Shown: positions 1 to 6,542 of the stretch, piece after piece
Layout: the number at the start of each line of letters is the position of its first letter
How positions within the stretch are numbered: the first letter of the stretch is position 1
Assembly (NCBI RefSeq): GCF_000010065.1
Contig: NC_006576.1
Coordinates: 900,001-932,000 of the forward strand
Direction: 5' to 3'
DNA length: 32,000 nucleotides
Source: Synechococcus elongatus PCC 6301
GTDB taxonomy: Bacteria > Cyanobacteriota > Cyanobacteriia > Synechococcales > Synechococcaceae
Notes under the pieces: model-generated
Told to the model about the DNA's origin: nothing
Databases searched by the model: none
What the model saw: only the letters and a program-made list of their open reading frames with translations
Program-made: the position numbers and the translations under genes

Positions 1-448
1 GGCGCTTCCATTCCCACTTCTCACCGTTCCAGCGACAGGGTCGAATCGACTTTTTCTGTCCGGGCTTGTCCCACCGGATGACGTAGAAATCGTCGCTGTA
101 ACGCCAGAACGCTGAGGCTCCGCGTATCGGTGGGTCAGGGCGATCGCGCTTGATGCCAAGAAACTGCTCGACCTGGCGGGCTGCCTCTGAGAAGTCCCAG
201 CCCTTCAGCCGCATGAGCAAGTCGAAGCCAGTGCCACCACCACCCTTCTGATCGCGGCCGCCGCAGTGTGAGCAGAACCAGGTGCCGTTGCCATCGAGGT
301 CATCGAAGCGGTAGCGAGTCTCACCACCGCAGCAGGGGCAGGGGCTTTCCTTGGTCTTGCTGACCACCAAGAACTCAGGAGCAACACCCCCGAGCTTGTT
401 TAGGATCTCCGGCCAGCGTCCTCGGGCTGCATCAGAAATCCTAGACAT
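1..448 (-). CDS. Phage/plasmid DNA primase, N-terminal part with a P4-alpha/T7-gp4-type zinc-ribbon domain (partial, continues past the window edge)
   Basis: Absent from the ORF track because it has no stop in the window. Manual minus-strand translation from ATG 448-446 gives 149 codons with no stop: MSRISDAARGRWPEILNKLGGVAPEFLVVSKTKESPCPCCGGETRYRFDDLDGNGTWFCSHCGGRDQKGGGGTGFDLLMRLKGWDFSEAARQVEQFLGIKRDRPDPPIRGASAFWRYSDDFYVIRWDKPGQKKSIRPCRWNGEKWEWKR. The CPCCGG...FCSHCGG...GDGFDL-like pattern is typical of the primase zinc-binding domain. The ATG overlaps the VRR-NUC stop by 8 nt (441..448). Confidence 0.75.
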   Translation of the reverse strand, partial: MSRISDAARGRWPEILNKLGGVAPEFLVVSKTKESPCPCCGGETRYRFDDLDGNGTWFCSHCGGRDQKGGGGTGFDLLMRLKGWDFSEAARQVEQFLGIKRDRPDPPIRGASAFWRYSDDFYVIRWDKPGQKKSIRPCRWNGEKWEWKR

Positions 449-803
449 GACCTTCACCTGAAATTATTTTGTTTGCGTCTTGCATCGAGCGCGCCACACC
501 AGCACGGCCACCGGAGCGCTGTACGAAATCGATGAAACTTTGTTGCTCGGGAGTAACCCGCCCAGTTGGCGTCTTGACCTCGATCGCAGTGAAGAGAGCG
601 ATCGTCTGACCGACCATGTCGGGCGTGATGGTGACGCGGGTCAGCCCGATCAGGTCAGAGCTGCCAGGGCAGAGTCCAAAGCGGACGAAACGGCCATCAG
701 CGGCCTTGCAGGTGCCGACGTTGTTGCGCCAAAGCCGGACATCGGGCGACTGGCTCAGCGTCTTCCAGAGGCGTGCCTGCAAACTGGTCTCGCTGTTAGC
801 CAT
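441..803 (-). CDS. VRR-NUC domain nuclease
   Basis: 120 aa ORF. The motifs GSSDLIGL...FTAIEVKTPTGRVTPEQQSFIDFVQRSGGRAGVARS match the PD-(D/E)xK VRR-NUC pattern (D...E-V-K...Q). Its start overlaps the helicase stop by 8 nt. Confidence 0.85.
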   Translation of the reverse strand: MANSETSLQARLWKTLSQSPDVRLWRNNVGTCKAADGRFVRFGLCPGSSDLIGLTRVTITPDMVGQTIALFTAIEVKTPTGRVTPEQQSFIDFVQRSGGRAGVARSMQDANKIISGEGHV

Positions 804-2205
804 GGGCTTGTCCCCACTGCTGACGCTTACTCTGGCGAGCCTTCCAGTAGCGCTGTGCCCAGCCCGGTTTGTAGCCCCGCTTGCGACCCAGTTCGATCAG
901 TTCTTCAAGGGTCTGAGCCTTGGCCTGCTCTTCCTTCCGCTGCCGAGCGATCGCAGCCTTGTCTAGCTCGATCAGCTCGCCTCTGACCTCTTCAAGACGC
1001 CGCGCTTCGACGACGTAGCGATGGCCGCAGTTCGGGCAAGTCGGCTGAGGCGCGTGAGCACAGAAGCACTTCGGACACTGCCGCACCGTCTCGGGCTTCT
1101 CTTCGCTCTCGCCCTTGCGCGATCGCCGCTTCTCGCCTTCCAGCGTCCACTCGCGATCGGCCTCAGGCAAGCCATGCCTCATGACGTTGCCGACGTGGTC
1201 CAAGATGAGAGCGTGGGACTTCCCAGGGGCTGGTCTGAGAACACGGCCAACCTGCTGAAGGTAGAGCCCGAGCGACTGAGTGGGGCGTAACAAAAGCGCC
1301 GCTGTGACGACTGGGATGTCCGTGCCTTCGGAAACGATTTCGCATGACGTGAGCACTTGAATGCGACCGCTGCCAAGGTCGTCAATCAAGTGCGATCGCG
1401 TCGCCGAATCGAGCGTGCCATCCAAGCTGGCAGCCTTGAAGCCAGCCGAACTGAACTCGACTGCAACCTTCTGGGCGATCTCCACCGAGGCACAGAAACC
1501 GATCGCTGGGACGCCAGGGCAGAGACGCCGGTAGTGGTCGATCGCATCGCCGACAATTACTGGCTTGTCCATCGCCTGAGCCAGCTGATCCTTAGCGTAG
1601 TCGCCCGCCCGCATGCGGACGCCAGTCAGGTCAGCCTGAATTGGCGGAGCGTAAATCTTGGTCGGGCAGAGGAAGCCCCGCTCAGTCAGCTCTGCGATTG
1701 TCGGGCCAATGATGAGGTCGTCGAACACGTCACCCAAGCCACGGCCATCCGTCCGACAGGGTGTTGCAGTCACCCCCAAGACGCGAGACCGAGGATAGGC
1801 ACTCAGCACCTTGCCCCAAGTGTTGTCAGGGACGACGTGGTGAGCCTCATCCACCACAATTAGCTCAGGCTCCCAGTCCAACCGATCTAGTCGTCGAACA
1901 AGCGTCTGCACAGACGCGACCTGTGTCGGGTAGGGCATCCAGCTGAAACCCGAAGCAATCAGTCCATGCCGGACACCCAAGCGATCGAGCGATCGGCTCG
2001 CCTGGAGCAGCAGCTCCTTGCGGTGCACAAGGATCAGCGTTCTCTTTTGCTTAGCTGCAGACTGCAGCGAGATGTAACTAAAAACCGCAGTTTTACCCGC
2101 GCCAGTTGGCATCGCCACTAAAGGCGATCTGTGGCCGGTGGCGTAGGAGTGACGCAGCTCTTCGACGACTTGCTGCTGGTAGTCTCTGAGCTCGAATGGT
2201 GTCAT
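796..2205 (-). CDS. SF2 DEAD/DEAH-box (ResIII-type) DNA helicase with a C-terminal zinc ribbon, phage replication/repair type
   Basis: 469 aa. Walker A is AMPTGAGKT and DEAH is VVDEAHH. Motif III is VTATP, and helicase-C motifs are TSCEIVSEGTDIP and QQVGRVLR. The C-terminal segment CPKCFCAHAPQPTCPNCGH is a four-Cys ribbon. Confidence 0.9.
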   Translation of the reverse strand: MTPFELRDYQQQVVEELRHSYATGHRSPLVAMPTGAGKTAVFSYISLQSAAKQKRTLILVHRKELLLQASRSLDRLGVRHGLIASGFSWMPYPTQVASVQTLVRRLDRLDWEPELIVVDEAHHVVPDNTWGKVLSAYPRSRVLGVTATPCRTDGRGLGDVFDDLIIGPTIAELTERGFLCPTKIYAPPIQADLTGVRMRAGDYAKDQLAQAMDKPVIVGDAIDHYRRLCPGVPAIGFCASVEIAQKVAVEFSSAGFKAASLDGTLDSATRSHLIDDLGSGRIQVLTSCEIVSEGTDIPVVTAALLLRPTQSLGLYLQQVGRVLRPAPGKSHALILDHVGNVMRHGLPEADREWTLEGEKRRSRKGESEEKPETVRQCPKCFCAHAPQPTCPNCGHRYVVEARRLEEVRGELIELDKAAIARQRKEEQAKAQTLEELIELGRKRGYKPGWAQRYWKARQSKRQQWGQAHG

Positions 2206-2311
2206 AATTTGCCCATTAGTTCGTCAGCGAAAGAGCCGGTCTTCTTTGGTAGGGAGCCGGCTTTTCGCTTGTCCCAAAATTTTAGGGTCTCGGAGCAATT
2301 CAAGAACAGCC

Positions 2312-2340
2312 TTGAAATAAAAGCTGTTTTAGTCTTAATA
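2312..2340 (+). promoter_or_regulatory. Candidate sigma70-type promoter (TTGAAA-N17-TTAATA) for a small plus-strand transcript
   Basis: TTGAAA lies at 2312-2317, followed by a 17-nt spacer and TTAATA at 2335-2340. It sits in an AT-rich 220-bp intergenic region. No plus-strand protein gene follows. Confidence 0.3.
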
Positions 2341-2346
2341 ATGCAA

Positions 2347-2454
2347 AGACGCCAGAGCATCGTGTAATCGACTGCTTGTCATGGAATCGGCCTAGAGTCC
2401 TCGACCACTCCACATCACACGTCTCATCCCGCCGTCGAAGCGGGATTTTTTTTG
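2347..2454 (+). ncRNA. Candidate ~105-nt sRNA, antisense to the 3' end of the 2424..2888 ORF
   Basis: It is bounded by the candidate promoter (2312..2340) and a canonical intrinsic terminator (2426..2454). It holds only trivial ORFs of 8 aa or fewer. The terminator stem overlaps the last codons of the convergent ORF. There is no expression evidence. Confidence 0.3.
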
Positions 2455-2888
2455 CGGTTCTTAGCTCCTCTGTACGAGGCTTGGCCCACAGCGATCGCCT
2501 CTGGGCCGCGCCCTTCCATGTACCGCTGGACGACGTTGTAAACGCTTTTCTGGCTAAGGGCATGACGCCCAAACTCTTTCTGCAGCCAGCTTGCAACCTT
2601 GTAGCAAGTCAGGCCCGACGCGTACAGCTCAACAATTCTTCGCTGTTGCAGAGTGTAGATTTCCGAACAGAACTGACCTAAGTGATTTTTGACCAGTAAC
2701 ACCTCAGAATCGCCTAGGCCGTAGAGATCTGCGATTCGAACCTCGATTTCTTCGGCCGACAGCCCACACCACCAAAGCCCTTCAGCCGTCAGACAGAGTT
2801 CGGGTTCTAGGATTGCACGGGCATTGGCATCGTTACAATATTGCAAGCGGGAGAGGAATTCAGGCATGGAAATAATCGTCAAGGACAA
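2424..2888 (-). CDS. Hypothetical DNA-binding protein with a C-terminal sigma70-region-4/LuxR-like HTH; possible phage regulator
   Basis: 154 aa ORF. The segment LQQRRIVELYASGLTCYKVASWLQKEFGRHALSQKSVYNVVQRY looks like an HTH. The start is uncertain (2888, or MPEF at 2867). The C-terminal codons run through the terminator hairpin. Confidence 0.55.
   Translation of the reverse strand: MSLTIISMPEFLSRLQYCNDANARAILEPELCLTAEGLWWCGLSAEEIEVRIADLYGLGDSEVLLVKNHLGQFCSEIYTLQQRRIVELYASGLTCYKVASWLQKEFGRHALSQKSVYNVVQRYMEGRGPEAIAVGQASYRGAKNRKKNPASTAG
2426..2454 (+). terminator. Rho-independent terminator, plus-strand specific
   Basis: The stem ATCCCGC (2426-2432) pairs with GCGGGAT (2440-2446) around a 7-nt loop CGTCGAA. 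A run of eight T follows (2446-2453). On the minus strand the U-tract would precede the stem, so it is directional. Confidence 0.6.
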
Positions 2889-3549
2889 AGAGAAACGACA
2901 GAGAGGAATGAAGCGGATTGCTCAAATCGTCAACTTATGGACCAGAGGCGGAGCGCTAACCTTCGACAATCTGCACTCTCTTTCTGAGAGCTACTCAGAG
3001 ACTCGCCTCCAGAAGACTGCTCTATCTGCCCTTGCTCGGGCTGAAAAAAGAAACCCAGGGCCAGGAACTTTTCAAGCCTTTGGGGCCATTAATAAAGCAG
3101 CCGCCCAAGAACAAGAGCGAGGGGATCGGCTTTCAGAGCATCCTCTTAGCCGCATCAAGGTAATTAGAGTTAAAGGCAAAGTCGCGACTGCTGGGCACTT
3201 TTTGGAGTTCTTCATTGGCGAGCTAGAGCCTGATAACGTCGATGATCTCGAAGCGTTTTCTTGGACTTCTGACGGCCTCACCGCTGGTCAAGAAAAGCTG
3301 CATCAGTCCTTTGCAAAGCTCTGTGCAGAGCGACGATTGGACACTTTGACCGAGGGACGCCGCTTCACGAACTTGGCGGTGAAGCTAAAGGTTGTTAACG
3401 CAGAAGACGAGGCTGAGTTTCTGTTTTGGCTGCTGCTTCCAGACAAGAAGCGATCGCAGAAGGCAGACCGCTGGCTGGCCTCAATCAGCCCTGTTTGGGA
3501 CTCTTGGGTTGAGACTCTCCCAGCTCCCCAGCTGCTTCCGCAATTCTGA
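2866..3549 (+). CDS. Hypothetical protein, no recognisable domain (orphan)
   Basis: A long open frame lies in a visibly AT-richer stretch. ATG 2866 is preceded by GGGAGAGG, and ATG 2908 is an alternative start. The track start at 2824 would overlap the divergent ORF head-to-head. Confidence 0.5.
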   Translation: MEIIVKDKEKRQRGMKRIAQIVNLWTRGGALTFDNLHSLSESYSETRLQKTALSALARAEKRNPGPGTFQAFGAINKAAAQEQERGDRLSEHPLSRIKVIRVKGKVATAGHFLEFFIGELEPDNVDDLEAFSWTSDGLTAGQEKLHQSFAKLCAERRLDTLTEGRRFTNLAVKLKVVNAEDEAEFLFWLLLPDKKRSQKADRWLASISPVWDSWVETLPAPQLLPQF

Positions 3550-3733
3550 ACCAGCTTAAGTATTCGCGCTCAGACTGAATCCAAACCCGTACCGCAGCGA
3601 TCTGCACTCGGAAGGCGATCGCCAGTTCGTAGACCCGACCCCAAGCCGAGGCAGCTTCACTCTGATCCGCGCATTGAATCACGAGAAGACGATCGGCTTG
3701 GGACTGGCCTGCAGCAAAAACGGAAACCTTCAT
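3485..3733 (-). CDS. Hypothetical small protein (82 aa), divergent from the early operon
   Basis: The internal ATG at 3733 (MKVSVFAAG...) is preceded by AGGAG 7 nt upstream, so I prefer it to the track start at 3814. Its 3' end overlaps the convergent 2866..3549 ORF by 65 nt. No domain was recognised. Confidence 0.35.
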   Translation of the reverse strand: MKVSVFAAGQSQADRLLVIQCADQSEAASAWGRVYELAIAFRVQIAAVRVWIQSEREYLSWFRIAEAAGELGESQPKSPKQG

Positions 3734-3778
3734 TGGGTACTCCTGACGATGTTCAGCTTGGGAAGCTTGAACAATTTT

Positions 3779-3807
3779 TTGTAATCTCTGGCTTTCAGTA
3801 TTGTAAT
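3779..3807 (+). promoter_or_regulatory. Candidate early-operon promoter (TTGTAA-N17-TGTAAT) containing a direct repeat TTGTAATC x2
   Basis: TTGTAATC occurs at 3779-3786 and 3801-3808, 22 nt apart. The two copies coincide with -35-like and -10-like hexamers about 40 nt upstream of ATG 3845. The inverted repeat AGCTT-GGG-AAGCT lies just upstream at about 3754-3766. Confidence 0.3.
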
Positions 3808-3844
3808 CGTGCAAAACTAAACTGATTTTAAATGCAAGCAGTTT

Positions 3845-4927
3845 ATGTCTTCTGAATTAGCCCGGACTGAGCAGCCTGCACCATTGGGCGTCTTCAGTGG
3901 GGCCGAGTCTTTCGCATTAGCGCAGCGCATGGCCCAAGCCTTGGCTGCGAGCAGTCTTGTTCCAGAGGCTTATCGAGGCGACGTCAGCAACACCCTGATC
4001 GCACTAGAAGTTAGTCAGCGCATCGGTGCCAGCCCGCTGATGGTGATGCAGAACCTGCACATCATTGAAGGCCGGCCAGCTTGGTCCAGCCAGTTTGTGA
4101 TCGCCGCCCTGAATTCTTGTGGGCGCTTCACGCCGCTGCGGTTCAGGGTCGAGGATCGCGGTGAGCAGACCGTTACCTACGACTACTGGACTGGCAAGAA
4201 AGGCGAGCGGCAAAAGCACACCGCCTCCATGAAAGTGCACGATCGCACCTGCATCGCCAGCGCCACAGACAAGGCCACAGGTGAAGTAATCGAAGGGCCA
4301 GAGGTGTCGATCGCCATGGCCGTCGCTGAGGGCTGGTATACCAAATCGGGCAGCAAGTGGCAGACAATGCCCGAGCTGATGCTCCGGTACCGAGCAGCGA
4401 AGTTCTTTGGCAGCCTTTACGCTCCCGACATGCTGATGGGTCTGCAGACTGCTGACGAAGTCCGAGACATCGAGCGGGTAGAGGTCAAAGACCTTTCTGT
4501 AAGTCGCTCAACAGCGATCGCTTCCAGCCAGTCAGCGATCGCAAAGGACGAGCTTGAAAAGGCTTATGAAGTGGTCGAGGCAGAGCTCGATCGCTTGGCC
4601 GATCAAACTTTCGCCGAGGTTGTGGAACCCGAGGTTGTAGAGCCAGCACCTGTTCCACGTCCCGTGGCAAAGCGACAAACGGTCGGTTCCAGCCCCGAGC
4701 TGCGAGAGAAGTATGAGAAGGCACTGGAGGCAGCGGGCGTCGACGAGGTTGGCCGCCAGACTCTTGAAGCGATCGCCAAGGTCAAGAGCAGCGACGACCT
4801 TTCTGAGAAACAAGTCGCCTCGATCATCGAAAAGCTTGAGCCCGAAAAGATTTCTGCACTCAACAGTGGCGTCAATCCGAAAACCGGAGAGATTCTGGTT
4901 CAGTTGACGCCTGAGGCATCCGCGTAG
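3845..4927 (+). CDS. Probable RecT/Bet-like single-strand annealing protein with an acidic, repeat-containing C-terminal tail (function tentative)
   Basis: 360 aa and clearly coding. The N-terminal half (SNTLIALEVSQRIGASPLMVMQNLHIIEGRPAWSSQFVIAALNSCGRF) resembles the RecT-family core by eye. The C-terminal half is acidic and contains EVVEPEVVEP. This is the first gene of the plus-strand operon. Confidence 0.55.
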   Translation: MSSELARTEQPAPLGVFSGAESFALAQRMAQALAASSLVPEAYRGDVSNTLIALEVSQRIGASPLMVMQNLHIIEGRPAWSSQFVIAALNSCGRFTPLRFRVEDRGEQTVTYDYWTGKKGERQKHTASMKVHDRTCIASATDKATGEVIEGPEVSIAMAVAEGWYTKSGSKWQTMPELMLRYRAAKFFGSLYAPDMLMGLQTADEVRDIERVEVKDLSVSRSTAIASSQSAIAKDELEKAYEVVEAELDRLADQTFAEVVEPEVVEPAPVPRPVAKRQTVGSSPELREKYEKALEAAGVDEVGRQTLEAIAKVKSSDDLSEKQVASIIEKLEPEKISALNSGVNPKTGEILVQLTPEASA

Positions 4928-4987
4928 TCTTGTGCAAGCTTTGTAACAAGACTAGAACTACTCAAAAGTTTGTCTAGAAATAGAACT

Positions 4988-5278
4988 ATGCATACCTTCG
5001 ACATTCACACCGAGCCCGTCGTCGTCGGTCTGCCCCATGGCTGTAGCGCCTGGAGCATCAGCACTGAGTACGCCGGAGTCCGGCTGCTTGGTGGCTGGGA
5101 AATCCGCGATCGCAACGACCAGCGACTCTTCTTCATCGGCCGCGAGGTTCAGCAACTCGAACTGCCAGAGCTGATTAAGCGCTGCCGAGAGCACTACCTC
5201 TACGAGCCGCCAACCGATGACCCAGCCGGCGAGCCAGACCTTGAAGACCTTGCAGATGTCGATGCTCTCCTGTTCTAG
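4988..5278 (+). CDS. Hypothetical protein
   Basis: ATG 4988 (MHTFDIH...). The track's TTG 4970 is an alternative start. It has an acidic C-terminus and sits in the same operon. Confidence 0.5.
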   Translation: MHTFDIHTEPVVVGLPHGCSAWSISTEYAGVRLLGGWEIRDRNDQRLFFIGREVQQLELPELIKRCREHYLYEPPTDDPAGEPDLEDLADVDALLF

Positions 5279-5280
5279 CC

Positions 5281-5484
5281 ATGAATCACAAGCAAACCCG
5301 TCGCGCTCGCCTTGCCCACCGGCGAGAGTTGCAGCGCCGCCAGCGTGAAGCCTTGCCAACGATCGTCCTGACCGCTTTCGCAGTTGGCTTGTTCGCTGGC
5401 TACGGCTGGGCTGCCCAAGCCTACGGCCAGCACATCACGAGTCCTGCAAGCGATCGCCAAGTCGTAAACAGGGAGCAGCTATGA
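5281..5484 (+). CDS. Hypothetical small membrane protein (basic N-terminus plus one hydrophobic helix)
   Basis: 67 aa. RRARLAHRRELQRRQRE is followed by LPTIVLTAFAVGLFAGYGWAA. It starts 3 nt after the previous stop, and its own stop overlaps the next ATG (ATGA). Confidence 0.5.
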   Translation: MNHKQTRRARLAHRRELQRRQREALPTIVLTAFAVGLFAGYGWAAQAYGQHITSPASDRQVVNREQL

Positions 5485-5819
5485 CCAGCAAGCATGAATT
5501 ATGGATTGATTCTGTCAGCAGCCTGCCCTGCCAGATTCGGAGTCTGAATGGCTATCAGTTTGTTGCTTGCTTGGTCGGTGTTCCACTAGGACACCCAGCA
5601 TTCGGGCAAGAACTGTCTGTGTTCGAAGGCCGAGCCATTTTCCCAAAAGATATCGATGCCTTGGGCGTGCGAAGGCAGGGCGATCGCGCTTACTGGTTTT
5701 TCGTTTTTCCTTGTCACAGCCTCGACAAATTGCGTGCAAGAGAACTTTGCGAATCTCTTGCACGCGGCCTTCACGAACTTACCGTTTTCCCTGTCGCTGG
5801 CGAGAGGACAAAGCCATGA
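5481..5819 (+). CDS. Hypothetical protein
   Basis: 112 aa ORF with ATGA overlaps at both ends (5481-5484 and 5816-5819). Confidence 0.6.
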   Translation: MTSKHELWIDSVSSLPCQIRSLNGYQFVACLVGVPLGHPAFGQELSVFEGRAIFPKDIDALGVRRQGDRAYWFFVFPCHSLDKLRARELCESLARGLHELTVFPVAGERTKP

Positions 5820-6046
5820 AGGAACGACTCGTCAGATTTGGTCATTTAGTCCTGAGTCCAAGCTTCCTGAAGAACTGCGAAAGGCACCAAGAGTACGGCG
5901 CTGCTGATTTTCTGTCTCGCAACCTCAAGCAACTCACGCCAGAGCAGATCAGGCAGGGGCTGAGTCAGCGCGATGGCAGCCTCTTGCTGAAGCAGGCCTG
6001 CGCGATCGCCGAGGTCAACTACGAGGAGATCACCAAAGGTGCCTAA
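5816..6046 (+). CDS. Hypothetical protein
   Basis: 76 aa (MKERLVRFGH...). It starts at the ATGA overlap with the previous gene. The longer track ORF 5567..6046 is an upstream extension in the same frame. Confidence 0.55.
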   Translation: MKERLVRFGHLVLSPSFLKNCERHQEYGAADFLSRNLKQLTPEQIRQGLSQRDGSLLLKQACAIAEVNYEEITKGA

Positions 6047-6542
6047 CCGACTGCACGTCACGATTGATGCAGGCCTCGTCTTGGCGCTTAACTGGGCTAC
6101 TCAAGAGCTACACATCGTCAAGCGCCATCTCATCTGTCGCGCCATCGAAGTCTGGGCCATGAACCCGACACTCAAGCCGTGGCAGCCTTCCGGCAAGGGT
6201 GTCCACGCTCATGTCTCAGTTGGGATGAGCGACGAAGACGTCACCTGGATTAAAACTTGGTGCATCGAGTTTGATGCTAGGCCGTCCCAGATTGTTGAGT
6301 CTGCTCTGTCTCGCTGGTTTGAAGAATACGGTTTTCTAGCCCGTGTTCAGTCTGGAGAGATCAGCCAAGCCGAGCGCCAACAAATTGCGCGATCGGCTTA
6401 CGGCAGAGTTGAACGGTTCGAACGCGATGATTCACCAGAGGAAATTCTACGCAAGCAGCTTGAATTTTACACTCGCACCGGCAACGCTCTGCGGATCACG
6501 AGGATCCGTCGTGAACTACTGGCGATGGGGGTGGCTGCATGA
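6039..6542 (+). CDS. Hypothetical protein with a possible N-terminal ribbon-helix-helix fold
   Basis: The GTG start overlaps the previous stop by 8 nt. The N-terminus RLHVTIDAGLVLALNWATQELHIVKRHLICRAIEVW has a strand-helix-helix pattern. Confidence 0.55.
   Translation: MPNRLHVTIDAGLVLALNWATQELHIVKRHLICRAIEVWAMNPTLKPWQPSGKGVHAHVSVGMSDEDVTWIKTWCIEFDARPSQIVESALSRWFEEYGFLARVQSGEISQAERQQIARSAYGRVERFERDDSPEEILRKQLEFYTRTGNALRITRIRRELLAMGVAA

Noticed and set aside
480-986. Plus-strand ORFs 480..986 (168 aa) and 616..966 (116 aa)
   Set aside because: They are antisense to the VRR-NUC and helicase genes and have low-complexity Ser/Pro/Ala/Arg composition.
441-2205. Helicase plus nuclease pair as a stand-alone anti-phage defence cassette (Hachiman- or Gabija-like idea)
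   Set aside because: The pair is translationally coupled to a primase and sits inside a phage-like element with RecT-like, Dcd and integrase genes. A replication/repair module is the more parsimonious reading. This was not excluded experimentally.
2229-2328. Two further hairpins (about 2229-2266 and 2305-2328) upstream of the helicase gene, considered as terminators or antitermination sites
   Set aside because: The stems are short (5-6 GC-containing bp plus A-U pairs) and the U-tracts are ambiguous on either strand. They are mentioned under the sRNA finding but are too weak to annotate as features.
4958-5359. 133-aa minus-strand ORF
   Set aside because: It is antisense to two plus-strand ORFs that fit the tightly coupled operon. 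It has no ribosome-binding site or motif, but I cannot exclude it without comparative data.
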